From: Candidatus Poribacteria bacterium
GTDB lineage: Bacteria; Poribacteria; WGA-4E; PCPOR2b
Length of the DNA stretch: 64,000 nt
Assembly (NCBI GenBank): GCA_965116925.1
Contig: OZ220744.1
Span: 4,160,001-4,224,000 of the forward strand
Direction of reading: 5' to 3'
Part shown: piece after piece, positions 37,792 through 49,582 of the stretch
Numbering within the stretch: position 1 is the first letter of the stretch
How the letters are laid out: the number at the start of each line of letters is the position of its first letter
Position numbers and translations under genes: made by a program
The notes under the pieces: model-generated
What the model was told of the DNA's origin: nothing
Seen by the model: the letters and a program-made list of their open reading frames with translations, nothing else
The model's database searches: none

Positions 37792-39864
37792 TTGATGAAG
37801 GAATATCAGACGGAACAGATTCGGAATATTGGTATTATTGGGCATTCGAGCACAGGGAAGACTTCGCTCATCGAGGCGATACTCTATAATGGGGGCGCGA
37901 TTGAGCGAATGGGACAGGTTGATAGTGGGAGTTCAGTTTCAGATTATGCCCCAGATGAAATTGAGCGCAGGATGACAATTAACTGTTCTGCGTGTGTCGC
38001 CGAGTGGAAGGGGTACAAGCTAAATATTCTTGATACGCCCGGTGTTGAAGATTTTCATGGGGATCTTGAGAGCGTACTGCGGGTGGTAGATGCTGTTATT
38101 GTGGTGATTGATGCAACAACCGGGGTCGAAGGGGGTACGGAGAAGGTATGGGAAGCCGCTGATAGATATGAACTCCCACGGATGATCTTTATCAACAAAA
38201 TGGATAAAGAGAACGCTAGTTTTGAAAACGCGCTTGCGAGCGTTGATGAGATTCTTGAAGCCCAAACAGCTGTGATGCAGGTGCCAATTGGCAAAGAAGC
38301 CGACTTTAGAGGTGTCGTTGATCTTATCCAGATGGGAGCTTTCACAGAACCGCAGGACAATAAGCCTGCTCCAAAATCAGAGACTCCTGCCGAACTTGAA
38401 GCACAAGCAGAAGAGATGCGGGAACAGCTTGTTGAAGTCGCAGCGGAAAGCGATGATGAGTTGATTGAAAAGTTCTTTGAAGGTGAGCTCACCGATGAAG
38501 AGATTGGTGATGGACTTCGGACAGGACTATTTGCTAATCAGTTCGTACCTGTACTTTGTGGCGATGCCCTGCGGAATATCGGTGTCCAACCTCTGATGGA
38601 CATGGTTACCAACTGCTGTCCATCCCCGGTAGATGCCAGACCGATTACAGGAACTGATGGCGAAACAACCTATGAAGTCTCCCCGGATTCGCCGCTGTCA
38701 GCACTAGTTTTTAAGACATTGGCAGACCCGTTCGCAGGCAGACTGAGCTTCTTCCGTGTTTATTCCGGTGTCTTAAATGGCGATTCTCAGGTCTACAACT
38801 CGACGAAAGATGAGAATGAACGAATCGGCAAACTCGCGTTCATGAATGGGAAAACCTCTATTGACACACCCCAAGTCTCTGCGGGCGATATCGGAGTTGT
38901 CTCTAAACTGACGCTTGCAGAAACGAACGACACATTCTGCGATGTGGGCAGTTCATTCCAACTTCCCGGAGCGGAATTCCCGCAGCCGGTTATCTCGTTC
39001 GCCATCGTGCCTGCACGAGAAGGGGATGACGAAAAATTGAGTTCGACCCTCTCCCGGATGATGGAGGAAGATCCATCGTTCCAGGTTGAACGGAATAGCA
39101 CAACGAAACAACTGCTGGTCTCCGGTCTTGGCGAGATACATCTCACTGTCATACGCAACCGAATGCGAGACAAGTTTGGCATTGAAACTGATGTCGAAAT
39201 GCCAAAGGTCTCCTATCAGGAAACAATTCGCGGTAGGGCGAGCAGTGTCCAAGGTCGGTATAAGCGTCAATCTGGTGGACGCGGGCAGTTTGGTGAAGTT
39301 TGGATAAACCTTTCCCCGCTTGAACGCGGCTCCGGCTTTGAGTTTGTCAACCAGGTTGTGGGTGGCTCGATCCCGCGTAATTACATCCCCGCGGTTGAGA
39401 AAGGTATCCGTGAGTCAATGGCTCAAGGTCTGATCGCCGGCTATCCCTTCGTTGACGCTCAAGTTGAGCTTTACGACGGTAAGCACCACCCCGTTGATTC
39501 CTCAGATATGGCTTTCCAGATTGCTGGGTCTTTTGCGTTTCGAGAGGCGGCAAACCAATCTAGACCCGTGCTGCTTGAGCCGATCATGAACGTCACAATC
39601 TCCGTCCCGGAACAGTTCATGGGGGACATTATCGGCGACCTCAATAGTAAACGCGGGCGAATTATGGGGGTTGAGCAGGTGGGTAAACGTCAGGTGATTC
39701 AAGCGACTGCACCGTTGGCAGAGATGTTCCGATATTCGATAGATCTTAAATCGATTACCAGTGCACGGGGCAACTTCACGATGGAGTTTGCATATTACGA
39801 GGAGATGCCCGATGAACTCGCCCAAAAGGTAATTGCTGAAGCGAAATCGGAAGCGGAAGAATAA
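37792..39864 (+). CDS. fusA: Elongation factor G paralogue (EF-G2-type)
   Basis: GHSSTGKTS, RRMTI, DTPG, NKMD, RQSGGRGQFG, VDSSDMAF; not in an rpsL-rpsG operon. Confidence 0.9.
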   Translation: MMKEYQTEQIRNIGIIGHSSTGKTSLIEAILYNGGAIERMGQVDSGSSVSDYAPDEIERRMTINCSACVAEWKGYKLNILDTPGVEDFHGDLESVLRVVDAVIVVIDATTGVEGGTEKVWEAADRYELPRMIFINKMDKENASFENALASVDEILEAQTAVMQVPIGKEADFRGVVDLIQMGAFTEPQDNKPAPKSETPAELEAQAEEMREQLVEVAAESDDELIEKFFEGELTDEEIGDGLRTGLFANQFVPVLCGDALRNIGVQPLMDMVTNCCPSPVDARPITGTDGETTYEVSPDSPLSALVFKTLADPFAGRLSFFRVYSGVLNGDSQVYNSTKDENERIGKLAFMNGKTSIDTPQVSAGDIGVVSKLTLAETNDTFCDVGSSFQLPGAEFPQPVISFAIVPAREGDDEKLSSTLSRMMEEDPSFQVERNSTTKQLLVSGLGEIHLTVIRNRMRDKFGIETDVEMPKVSYQETIRGRASSVQGRYKRQSGGRGQFGEVWINLSPLERGSGFEFVNQVVGGSIPRNYIPAVEKGIRESMAQGLIAGYPFVDAQVELYDGKHHPVDSSDMAFQIAGSFAFREAANQSRPVLLEPIMNVTISVPEQFMGDIIGDLNSKRGRIMGVEQVGKRQVIQATAPLAEMFRYSIDLKSITSARGNFTMEFAYYEEMPDELAQKVIAEAKSEAEE

Positions 39865-39904
39865 ACCGTACTATACTTTTTGGCTCATGTTAAGAAATCG
39901 TGCG

Positions 39905-39941
39905 AAAGAAACCGAGTTTTTGCCAAAGACTCGGTTTCTTT
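39905..39941. terminator. Hairpin between convergent fusA and smc
   Basis: AAAGAAACCGAGTTTT...AGACTCGGTTTCTTT. Confidence 0.55.
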
Positions 39942-40075
39942 CTCTTCGTCCACCACACTTTCTTTTAATGTGAGCCTATTTTTTTGCTTTTTTTAGGAGA
40001 AGTTTAGGGGAATGGTAGAGGCGGAGCAGATGTTTGCGGTGTGGGTAAAACGTGATTGTGCAGGATTCTCACGTT

Positions 40076-43000
40076 TCACGCTGCAAGCTCATTCCCAAAC
40101 TTTGCTGAAACAACCTTTGACAAGCCTGCTTGCTCCATCGTCACACCGTACATGATATCGGCGATCTCCATCGTCCGCTTATTGTGGGTAATGATAATAA
40201 ACTGGGTCTGTTGGGCGTATTTCCGAATAAGATTCGTGAAGCGGAGGACGTTCGCTTCGTCGAGTGCTGCATCAACTTCATCCAGAACGCAGAACGGGCT
40301 CGGCTTAATCTTGAACACGGCGAAGAGCAGGGCAATGGCAACAAGTGACCGTTCCCCGCCGGAGAGTTGTGTGATACTCTGTGGTCTCTTACCCGGTGGG
40401 CAAGCGATGATATCAATCCCCGCTTCTAATACATCCGATTCGTCTGTCAAACGCAACTCCGTCTCCCCGCCTCCGAAGAGTTCTGCAAACACCTCCTGAA
40501 AGTTAGCGCGTATCTGCTCAAATGCTTCGAGGAACGTCTCACGCGAAGTCCGGTTAATCTTCTGAATTGCTTGATTGACCGATTCGAGCGACTTCTCTAG
40601 ATCTTCGCGTTGAGTGACAAGAAAATCTTCGCGCTGCTTGTGCTCCTCGTACTCCTCTATCGCTACAAGATTAACAGCTCCCATTCCTTCAATCTCGGTT
40701 TTCAACGTATCAATTTGCGCCATCAATTCAAGGTCGTCAACCGGATTATCCTCGACTTCAATCTGATCAATTGTGAGTTGATACTTATCTAGGATTCGGG
40801 CGGAGATAGCCTTCAATTGCATCTGTAACTGGGTTGTCGTGACCTCTAGGTGATGCCGCAGGCGATTATGTTTATCAAATTCTCTCCTCGCTTTGCGCAT
40901 CAGTTTCTGCGCTTCCGCAATCTGTCCGATTAAGCCGACATGCTCCTCCTCTAGCCGCCTGACGTTTTCCTCAGCCTCGAATTTTTCCTGCTCTATCTGG
41001 AGAAATTTGCGTTGTGCTTCATCGATCTGTGAAGAGAGTTCTTCGCGAGTTTGATCGTCAGAATCGATAACCGCTTGATGTTCAGCGACCCTGTCGCGAA
41101 TCTGTGCCTGATTTTTTTGAAGGTTCAGGATTTCAGAACTCAGACTCTGCAATTTTTCCCGTTTGCCTGCTAAGGCGATTTCAAGTTCTTGACAGGACTC
41201 GGTGACTTCCTCCCGTTTACTCTTTTCGCTCTGAATCTGTTCTGACAATCGCTCGATGCGTCGTTGTAGCGTGCGGCGCGTCTTGGCTGCGCTGTCCAAT
41301 TCAGACTGAAGGGCATCCTGATCGGCTTTTGCTTTTTCTGTTTCCTGATGCAAGTTTATCTCTTCCTGTGCTACACCGTTCAGCTGCTCCTCAAGCTGAC
41401 TGATTTGCCGCTGCCCCTGTTCCAGAACCTTTGATAAACTCGCGTACTCAATCTGGTGTGTTTGCCCTTGTGTGATGAGGGTTTGTCGGGTCTGTTGGAG
41501 TTCCGCTAACTTGCCGGCGAGTTTTTTGCTTCTGGTATCCTTTTGGTTAAGCTGGCTTGTCAGTTGATTAATACGTTCCTGTAGGCTTTCTAGCTCCCGT
41601 GAACGCCTCAGAAGCCCACTGGTTGAACTGGTGTTATACCCACCCGTAACCGCGCCAGAAGTATTGATTAACTCCCCCTCCAGCGTGACGAGGCGCGCGT
41701 TGTGACGGAAACTTCGTGTTAGTTTTATCGCTGTATCGAGGTCCTCGACCACGACTGTATTTCCCAACAGTTGCTGAACCGCAACCTCATATTTTGAATC
41801 ATAGTCTAGGAGTTCAGCTGCCAGGCCGATTACACCAGCCTCCCCTAGCAAGCCATCGCCCTTAAATGGGCGCGTTCGCAGAATATCCAAGGGCAAGAAT
41901 GTCACCCGCCCCGCTTTCGTCCGCTTGAGGAACTCAATGCCGGACTGGGCATCTTCAGCGGTTTCTGTAACGATGTTTTGGATCGCGCTCCCCAATGCCA
42001 CTTCGATTGCTAACTCGTAGTCCGGTTCCGTTCGGATGAGTTCAGCAATGACGCCACAAATGCCACCGAAACGTTCCGGTTCCGTTTCGCGGACTTTCAG
42101 GATCGCACGTACACCTGTATAGTAACCTTCATGGGTGGCTTGCAAATCCTTTAACGACTTAAACCGCGAAGCACTAGTACCGAGTGAGTCCTGCATCCCT
42201 CGCATCTCCAACTCTAGCTTGCGGAGTTCCGCCTGATAACGTTGGATTTCTTCCTCAGCCTTTTGTCGGTCAGTTTCAAGGCGAATTAGGTCAGCATTTA
42301 GCTGCTGTTCACGCCGTTGCGCCTTTGTATGACTCTCTTTCTCCGTCTCCAGTTCAGTACCTAAGGTGTTTGAGCGTTCTGTAATTCGATCCAGATTGGC
42401 AGCTGAATATTCTAGCTTGTTGTTGAGCGACGCAAGTTGTGTTTCTAGTTGTGAGACCTGATTCGTGGTTTCAAGCAAATTTTCCCGCGCTGTCTCCACG
42501 GAGTTTTCGGCTTCCGTCACCCGCGTATTGAGTTCGGTCAAAACCCGCCGCCGCGCGGTCAGTTTGCTTTCCTCCAACTGAAGCGAAACATCAACCTGTC
42601 TGTGCTCCTGCTCACGCTCCTCCTTTTGCCCCTCCAGTTCCACCGACTGTTTCTCGAGCGATTCAATTGCCTGAAGTGCCCGTTGACGTTGCTGCTGAAT
42701 ATTTAGCTGTCGTTCCTTATAAACTGCAATTTCTCGTTCTGTTTGTTCGATTTTGCTAGTGAATCCGTTCACAACTCCTTGCCCCTCACGAATTAAGTTC
42801 TCTAACTCGGCTCGGCGCGCTGTGGCCTCTTCGATTTGCTGCTCATTGGCATCGATCTGTTCATTAGCTTCTGTCACAGCAACCATCAGTTCATCGAAGT
42901 TGAGTTGTGTCTGAGTCAATTCTTTGGCAAATCGTCCATGCTCCCGACGGCTAAGGTCTAGTTCGAGATTTCTCAGTTGACCATGGAGCTGTTGATAACG

Positions 43001-43639
43001 TTTGGCTTGTGCAGCTTGCTGTTTGAGCGATTCAGTTTCACGCTGCACCGTGTGGATAACATCATTAATCCGCACAAGGTTCTGCTCGGTTGCTTCTAGC
43101 TTTTTAAGTGCCGTTTTTTTACGATGCTTGTATTTGGTGATACCTGCAACCTCGTCAAACAGGAAGCGGCGCTCTTCGGGACGAGTATTGAGGATGAGGT
43201 CAATCTTGCTCTGTTCCATGACAGAGTAGGCATCGACGCCGATTCCTGTATCCATAAAGAGTTCAGTAATATCTCGTAGCAAACATGGAGTGTCATTAAT
43301 AAAATAGGTACTTTCACCGCTACGTGTCAATTGACGACGAACTGCAATCTCCGGAGATTCGAGCGCGAGTTTTCCCTCAATGTTGGCGAAATGAAGAGAA
43401 GCCTGTGCTCGCTGTGCTGGTTTAAAGTTCGATCCACCGTTGAAAAGGAGATCTTGCATATTGGCACAACGTAGGGCGCGAGGGCTCTGTTGGCCCAGGA
43501 CCCAACGAATTGCGTCTGACACATTGCTCTTGCCACAGCCGTTGGGACCGACAATGGTTGTGATCCCCGGCTCCAATATTAACTCCACATTTTCGGCGAA
43601 ACTCTTAAAACCACTGATTTTAATTTGATCGATATACAA
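40076..43639 (-). CDS. smc: Chromosome segregation protein SMC
   Basis: GFKSFA, GPNGCGKSN, hinge GRVTFLPL...GAVTGG, LSGGE, LDEVDAALD; TTG start with AAGGAGG. Confidence 0.97.
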   Translation of the reverse strand: MYIDQIKISGFKSFAENVELILEPGITTIVGPNGCGKSNVSDAIRWVLGQQSPRALRCANMQDLLFNGGSNFKPAQRAQASLHFANIEGKLALESPEIAVRRQLTRSGESTYFINDTPCLLRDITELFMDTGIGVDAYSVMEQSKIDLILNTRPEERRFLFDEVAGITKYKHRKKTALKKLEATEQNLVRINDVIHTVQRETESLKQQAAQAKRYQQLHGQLRNLELDLSRREHGRFAKELTQTQLNFDELMVAVTEANEQIDANEQQIEEATARRAELENLIREGQGVVNGFTSKIEQTEREIAVYKERQLNIQQQRQRALQAIESLEKQSVELEGQKEEREQEHRQVDVSLQLEESKLTARRRVLTELNTRVTEAENSVETARENLLETTNQVSQLETQLASLNNKLEYSAANLDRITERSNTLGTELETEKESHTKAQRREQQLNADLIRLETDRQKAEEEIQRYQAELRKLELEMRGMQDSLGTSASRFKSLKDLQATHEGYYTGVRAILKVRETEPERFGGICGVIAELIRTEPDYELAIEVALGSAIQNIVTETAEDAQSGIEFLKRTKAGRVTFLPLDILRTRPFKGDGLLGEAGVIGLAAELLDYDSKYEVAVQQLLGNTVVVEDLDTAIKLTRSFRHNARLVTLEGELINTSGAVTGGYNTSSTSGLLRRSRELESLQERINQLTSQLNQKDTRSKKLAGKLAELQQTRQTLITQGQTHQIEYASLSKVLEQGQRQISQLEEQLNGVAQEEINLHQETEKAKADQDALQSELDSAAKTRRTLQRRIERLSEQIQSEKSKREEVTESCQELEIALAGKREKLQSLSSEILNLQKNQAQIRDRVAEHQAVIDSDDQTREELSSQIDEAQRKFLQIEQEKFEAEENVRRLEEEHVGLIGQIAEAQKLMRKARREFDKHNRLRHHLEVTTTQLQMQLKAISARILDKYQLTIDQIEVEDNPVDDLELMAQIDTLKTEIEGMGAVNLVAIEEYEEHKQREDFLVTQREDLEKSLESVNQAIQKINRTSRETFLEAFEQIRANFQEVFAELFGGGETELRLTDESDVLEAGIDIIACPPGKRPQSITQLSGGERSLVAIALLFAVFKIKPSPFCVLDEVDAALDEANVLRFTNLIRKYAQQTQFIIITHNKRTMEIADIMYGVTMEQAGLSKVVSAKFGNELAA

Positions 43640-43772
43640 CGGACATTCCTCCTTCGATAAGCGATTCGCAAGTTACATTTTCATTAACGCAAGTTAACCG
43701 ATAAGCGTTTCAGTGTTGCGTTAGAAAAGTCCGTTGCAAGTTGATGGAATATCCCCATGTCAACTATTTCCT

Positions 43773-44909
43773 TCAATCCTTGGAAAAGTTTTGGTTCAGT
43801 GCGTCTTTAATCTCTGTAATAACTTCTGTCTCACCTTCCGTGTCTAAACGCGTCTGTAGTGCTTTTCTTGCCGCTTTACCACCAATCTGCCCCAATGCCC
43901 ATGCAGCATGGCCACGAACTAGGGGCTCGTCATCGTTCAACGCCTGCTTAAGGGCAGGCACCGCAGCGCGATCCTTCCAATTACCAAGCGCGACTGCAAC
44001 ATTTCGGAGAAAGCCGCGTCGTTTCGCTCGCTTGATTGGACTGTTCCTAAAACGTTTGCTAAACTGTTCCTGTGTCATGTTGATAAGTGATAGCAGCGTG
44101 GGTGCGAGATTCCCCTTGCGTGGATAAAAGCCGCGCTCCTTTGTCGGTATAGCCTTACTGTTCCAGGGGCAGACTTCCTGACAGATATCGCAACCAAAGA
44201 TTAGGTTATCTATCTGCGGACGGAGTTTGTGCGGGATGCTCCCTTTCAACTCAATGGTAAGGTAGGAGATGCACAGCCGGGAATCAAGAATGTTGGGTGC
44301 TAGGATCGCATCTGTGGGGCACGCCTCAATGCAGCGGGTACAAGTGCCGCAACTGCCACGGAGCGATAGTATGTCCGTATCCAACTTGATGCTGACTAAA
44401 ATCCCCGCGAGAAAAAACCAAGAACCTGCCCGCCAGTGGATTATATTCGTGTTTTTAGCAATCCACCCGATTCCCGCACGTTCAGCGTACTCCCGCTCAA
44501 GGACCGGAGCGGTATCTACATAAACTCTGGTTTTAACCTTTTCTTCGGCGGTTTTTTGGATAAATGTCGCCAACTGATCTAATTTCGATCGGATAAGACG
44601 GTGATAATCCGTTCCCCACGCGTATCGAGAAATCTGTCCACGGGATGGGTCTTCCGCAAGTGATTTAGGCGGGTCAAGTGTGTAGTAATTAATTGCTAAC
44701 GCGATGATTGACTGGGCTTCAGGGAGGATCTGGCGCGGATCTCGCTTCAGCGGTAGATGTTTTTCGAGGTAATCCATATCCCCCGCATGACCATCTTTCA
44801 ACCACCGTTCGTAACGATCAACGGTCTGGCTCGGTTCAACGGGGAGGATGCCAACCAATTCAAATCCAAGTTTTTGTGCTTGAACCTTAATGTGTTCTGT
44901 CAGATTCAT
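43773..44909 (-). CDS. queG: Epoxyqueuosine reductase with C-terminal HEAT repeat
   Basis: ISRYAWG.DYH, VDTAPVLER, CGTCTRCIEACPT, CISYLTIE, GCDICQEVCPWN; start set at MNLTEH. Confidence 0.93.
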   Translation of the reverse strand: MNLTEHIKVQAQKLGFELVGILPVEPSQTVDRYERWLKDGHAGDMDYLEKHLPLKRDPRQILPEAQSIIALAINYYTLDPPKSLAEDPSRGQISRYAWGTDYHRLIRSKLDQLATFIQKTAEEKVKTRVYVDTAPVLEREYAERAGIGWIAKNTNIIHWRAGSWFFLAGILVSIKLDTDILSLRGSCGTCTRCIEACPTDAILAPNILDSRLCISYLTIELKGSIPHKLRPQIDNLIFGCDICQEVCPWNSKAIPTKERGFYPRKGNLAPTLLSLINMTQEQFSKRFRNSPIKRAKRRGFLRNVAVALGNWKDRAAVPALKQALNDDEPLVRGHAAWALGQIGGKAARKALQTRLDTEGETEVITEIKDALNQNFSKD

Positions 44910-45068
44910 ATTTTTATTGAGTGTGTAACAAGTGGCTATCGGCGAAACAGCATCACTTACCGTAAAGTGAGGGACGGTCATGAAGAGCTCACTGTTATCG
45001 TAGCAGCGATTTTTTCTGAAGTCAAAGGATTTTTTTTGATAAAAAGTGATAGATGTCCAAAAAATTGC

Positions 45069-45097
45069 TTGACACGGGATAATAGTTGGTATATAAT
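45069..45097 (+). promoter_or_regulatory. Consensus sigma70 promoter of rpoBC
   Basis: TTGACA-N17-TATAAT. Confidence 0.8.
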
Positions 45098-45171
45098 ACT
45101 GCGTTACGCTCGTTTCAGGCAATAAAATTCAGAAATGCCCTCATCCTCTAATCTCAAGGTCAGGTGAAAGC

Positions 45172-48100
45172 ATGCCCCAGCCCGTCAAATACGACAAACC
45201 CGTCAAATATTATGGTAAACGCGAACGATTGTCTTATGGAAAAATTCCGGAGATTATGGATCTCCCGGATCTCATTGAGGTTCAAAAATCCTCCTACGAA
45301 GAATTCTTGCAACGAAATGCCCCTCTAGAAGCACGGAAAGATAAGGGTCTACAAGCTGTTTTCAACGAAATCTTTCCAATTCCCGACTTCAGCGAAACTT
45401 CCGAGCTCCAGTTCGTTAATTATTCACTGGGTGTCCCAAAATACGACATTAATGAATGCCAATCTCGTGGATTCAGCTATGCGCTACCGGTGAAGGTTTG
45501 TGTCCGATTGGTTCTCAGAGAAAAGGATGAGGATACCGGTGAAAATCAGCTTATTGACATAAAAGAAAACGAAGTTTATATGGGCGAAATCCCGCTCATG
45601 ACGGAAAACGGTACTTTCATTATCAACGGCTCTGAACGAGTGATTGTCAGCCAGCTACAACGATCGCCCGGTGCAACGTTTGGGGAAGATACCCATACCA
45701 GTGGGCAGATACTCAACACTGCAAGGATTATTCCGTATCGCGGTGCGTGGATTGAGTTTGAGTACGACATCAAGGACATGATTTACGTCCGGCTCGATCG
45801 ACGGAAAAAAATGCTCGTCACCGTTCTGCTACGAGCTCTGGGTTGGGAAACGGATGAAACTATCCTCAAGCTGTATGCCAAGGCAGAGCAGGTTAAGCTC
45901 GACGATTCCCTAATTGATCGAGTAACAGCTGCTCCTGTCAAACACCCTGCCACTGAAGAACTTTTGCTTGAAGCGAATGTGGAGTTGACGCAAGAGCAAA
46001 TTGATGAATTGCGTGAGGCAAAAGTCAAAGAAGTTGAGGTTTTAGATGCAGATGAGGCAGAAGATATCCGTTTCCTCCGGAATACGCTCAAGCGCGATCT
46101 CCAATCAGATTACAATCTGCCGCTAATTTTTGAAGTGTCATCAGACGAGGGCTCGTCAAACCTCCAAAATGATTTGACGGAGGGTGCACCAGTATCAGAT
46201 GCCTGGCACCAACAGTTTAAGAACAGTGGCACCTCTCTATCCGCCTCCGCGATTGTGCAAGTATTGACGGAGGGACGATATCGTATATCCAACAAAAACA
46301 GTAGAGATAACTTTACTATTGAGAAAGCAGGGAATACTCTCAAAGTCTATCGTGGTACTATCCAAGATCTCGCAGTCGTTGAGATATTTCGTAAGATGCA
46401 ACCGGGTGATCCGCCGACGATCGATAGTGCACACAACCGATTTGAGAAGCTATTTTTCGATCCAGTGCGTTACGATCTCGCAGATGTAGGACGGTACAAA
46501 CTCAATGAAAAATTGGGGAATCTCTCCCTGTATCGGAACGGAGACGAAGAAGTAAATGAGGAGGTTCGAGTGCTGCGCAAAGAGGACATCGCCGCGGTTC
46601 TCCAATACCTGATACAAGTACAGAACGGAGAAGGGGAGATGGACGATATCGATCACCTCGGTAATCGTCGAGTTCGAGCTGTCGGCGAGTTGTTGCAGAA
46701 TCAGGTACGGATGGGAATGTTGCGAGTGACTCGTGCAACGCGAGAGCGATTGACGGTTCAAGACTTGGAGAGTGTAACCCCCGCCGACCTGATTAATCCT
46801 AAACCGTTGACCGCTGCAATTAAAGACTTCTTCGGTTCAAGCCAACTGTCCCAATTTATGCAGCAAGCCAATCCGCTAGACGAATTAACCCATAAACGCC
46901 GCTTGAGTGCACTGGGACCTGGCGGGCTGCATCGGGAACGTGCGACCTTTGAGGTGCGAGATGTTCATCGAACTCACTACGGACGTGTCTGTCCAATTGA
47001 GACACCCGAAGGTCCATCCGTCGGGCTAATTGTTTCCTTAAGTACCTACGCCCGGGTAAACGCCTACGGTTTTATGGAGACACCCTATCGCAAGGTCTCG
47101 AAAGGCAAAGCAACTGATCAGATTGATTACTTGGCTGCGGACAAGGAAGATACGTTCACCATCGCGCAAGCGCATGCTGTCCTTGATGAAAAAGGAACAA
47201 TGGAAGACGACATGATGGTGACACGCCACAAGGACGATTTTCCGCGGAAGTCAGCGCCAGAAATTGACTATATTGATGTTTCCCCCAAGCAGATCGTCGG
47301 TGTCTCTGCTGCACTCATCCCTTTCCTTGAGCACAATGACGCGAACCGCGCCTTGATGGGGAGTAACATGCAGCGACAAGCTGTGCCGCTCATCCGCCCG
47401 GAGGCTCCATTGATTGGAACGGGCATGGAACATAAAGCCGCTCGTGATTCTGGAGCGGTTGTGATAGCCAAGCGGGATGGCGTTGTGGAAAGCGTATCCG
47501 CCGCTGAAATCATTATTCGTACCGATGATGCCTTCCGGATTGCTGGTGGGGAACAGTCGTTCAGTGAAATGGGCTACGATGTATACCGCTTGACGACCTT
47601 CAAGCGATCGAATAGTGGCACTAGTCTCCACCAACGTCCATGTGTAGATGTCGGAGAAGAGATAAAAGCGGGTCAAGTGATTGCCGATGGAACCTCCACT
47701 GAAAATGGAGAACTTGCCCTCGGAAGCAATATCCTAATCGCATTCATGTCTTGGGAAGGATATAATTATGAAGATGCCATCCTCCTCAACGAGTCGCTTA
47801 TCACTGACGATACCTACACCTCGATCCATATTGAAGAGTTTGAGGTAGAAGCACGTGATACAAAGATGGGACGTGAGGAAATTACGCGAGATATTCCCAA
47901 TGTCTCTGAGGAAGCTTTGGCGCAATTGGATGAGGAGGGGATTATTCGCATCGGTTCGCTTGTCCGTCCCGGAAGCATTCTGGTCGGCAAGGTAACACCG
48001 AAGGGCGAAAGCGACCTCGGTCCCGAAGAAAAACTGCTGCGTGCGATCTTTGGTGAGAAGGTTGGCGAGGTACGAGACGCATCTAAATATGTCAAACCCG

Positions 48101-49308
48101 GTACAGAAGGGGTTGTGGTTGATGTTAAGGTTTTCTCTCGGAAAGAGCGAGAGCCTGACCGTCAAACGAGACTACGGGAGCTTGCCAAAGAAAAAGAGGT
48201 GGAGAAGGAATGGGAAGCAAAACGTGGATTGATTAATCAACGCAAGAACGCCGAAATTCGCAACGCATTGCTCGGTAAGAAACTCGCTAGCAGTGTCTCT
48301 GACGACACAGACCTCATTGCTAGGAGAGGAAAAATTGTCACAGAGGAGTTGCTTGATGCAGGGGTTCCGTTGGAGCACTTCCATGTTACGGATACTGATG
48401 CAATGGAGCTCATTGAGCGCATTGAACAGTTGGCGCAAGGCCGTCTTAGAGATCTGGAGGAGGAACGGGACGCGCAGATTGAGAAAATTCGCAAGGGAGA
48501 TGAGTTGAAGCCAGGCGTTCTCAAGCTAGTGAAGGTGTATGTGGCGACCCGCCGAAAGATCTCGGTCGGCGACAAAATGTCCGGCAGACACGGCAACAAG
48601 GGGGTCGTTTCAAAGATTCTCCCACAAGAGGATATGCCCTATCTGGAAGACGGCACACCAATCCAGATTATCATGAATCCATTGGGGGTTCCCGGTCGCA
48701 TGAATGCGGGACAGATTCTGGAGACACATTTGGGCAGAGCGGCTAGGGAGCTTGGTTTATACATTGCTACACCGGTCTTCGATGGTGCGGAGGAGCCGGA
48801 GATCCGTAAACTCTTAAAAGAAGCTGGTTTGCCAGAACACGGAAAAGCCAAGTTGTACGATGGTCGCACCGGGGAACCGTTTGCTCAAGAAGTTACTGTC
48901 GGATATACTTACATTCTCAAACTCAATCACTTGGTGGATGATAAAATTCATGCCCGCAGCACGGGCCCCTATTCGTTGGTGACTCAACAGCCACTCGGTG
49001 GTAAAGCACAGCAAGGTGGTCAACGTCTCGGCGAAATGGAAGTATGGGCCTTGGAAGCATACGGTGCTGCGTACACCCTGCAAGAATTACTCACAATTAA
49101 GTCCGATGATGTCGTTGGAAGGAGCAAAATCTACGAAGCTGTTGTTAAAGGAGAGAATGCCCCTGCGCCGGGCACTCCAGAATCATTCAACGTCCTTGTG
49201 AAGGAATTGCAAAGTCTTTGTCTAGATGTGGACCTAGAGCAGACATCTGACGACCTAGATACTTTTGACCTAGCCCCTGAGGATTGGGAGTTGGAACGTG
49301 AGATCTGA
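45172..49308 (+). CDS. rpoB: RNA polymerase beta subunit
   Basis: [55 protein letters not shown]. Confidence 0.99.
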   Translation: MPQPVKYDKPVKYYGKRERLSYGKIPEIMDLPDLIEVQKSSYEEFLQRNAPLEARKDKGLQAVFNEIFPIPDFSETSELQFVNYSLGVPKYDINECQSRGFSYALPVKVCVRLVLREKDEDTGENQLIDIKENEVYMGEIPLMTENGTFIINGSERVIVSQLQRSPGATFGEDTHTSGQILNTARIIPYRGAWIEFEYDIKDMIYVRLDRRKKMLVTVLLRALGWETDETILKLYAKAEQVKLDDSLIDRVTAAPVKHPATEELLLEANVELTQEQIDELREAKVKEVEVLDADEAEDIRFLRNTLKRDLQSDYNLPLIFEVSSDEGSSNLQNDLTEGAPVSDAWHQQFKNSGTSLSASAIVQVLTEGRYRISNKNSRDNFTIEKAGNTLKVYRGTIQDLAVVEIFRKMQPGDPPTIDSAHNRFEKLFFDPVRYDLADVGRYKLNEKLGNLSLYRNGDEEVNEEVRVLRKEDIAAVLQYLIQVQNGEGEMDDIDHLGNRRVRAVGELLQNQVRMGMLRVTRATRERLTVQDLESVTPADLINPKPLTAAIKDFFGSSQLSQFMQQANPLDELTHKRRLSALGPGGLHRERATFEVRDVHRTHYGRVCPIETPEGPSVGLIVSLSTYARVNAYGFMETPYRKVSKGKATDQIDYLAADKEDTFTIAQAHAVLDEKGTMEDDMMVTRHKDDFPRKSAPEIDYIDVSPKQIVGVSAALIPFLEHNDANRALMGSNMQRQAVPLIRPEAPLIGTGMEHKAARDSGAVVIAKRDGVVESVSAAEIIIRTDDAFRIAGGEQSFSEMGYDVYRLTTFKRSNSGTSLHQRPCVDVGEEIKAGQVIADGTSTENGELALGSNILIAFMSWEGYNYEDAILLNESLITDDTYTSIHIEEFEVEARDTKMGREEITRDIPNVSEEALAQLDEEGIIRIGSLVRPGSILVGKVTPKGESDLGPEEKLLRAIFGEKVGEVRDASKYVKPGTEGVVVDVKVFSRKEREPDRQTRLRELAKEKEVEKEWEAKRGLINQRKNAEIRNALLGKKLASSVSDDTDLIARRGKIVTEELLDAGVPLEHFHVTDTDAMELIERIEQLAQGRLRDLEEERDAQIEKIRKGDELKPGVLKLVKVYVATRRKISVGDKMSGRHGNKGVVSKILPQEDMPYLEDGTPIQIIMNPLGVPGRMNAGQILETHLGRAARELGLYIATPVFDGAEEPEIRKLLKEAGLPEHGKAKLYDGRTGEPFAQEVTVGYTYILKLNHLVDDKIHARSTGPYSLVTQQPLGGKAQQGGQRLGEMEVWALEAYGAAYTLQELLTIKSDDVVGRSKIYEAVVKGENAPAPGTPESFNVLVKELQSLCLDVDLEQTSDDLDTFDLAPEDWELEREI

Positions 49309-49582
49309 TTCAGCCGCTCAGGGACCTGTGTAAGGTATATCCAACCTACAAAAAAATTGCCCCATGCCTAAAAGATAATGCGGATCTTAATCTGATTTCG
49401 TTGTGCTGATACTGCGATGTTGTCCCGATAGGATCGGGATCCTTCCCACGTCATGGATTTGGAATTCGCTTGGTAAATGGGGTTTACAGCTGCTCACACC
49501 AAGACAAAAGCACCACACTACTAAATCAATGCTTAATTTTCAATTACCGATTGCTAACTGTTAATACTAAGGGAGAACAGCC

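Noticed and set aside
44910..45122. N-terminal extension of queG
   Set aside because: It overlaps the rpoB promoter; QueG-like sequence starts near 44909.
46099..46356. Intein in RpoB
   Set aside because: Too short and lacks the C/S start and HN-C/S/T end motifs.
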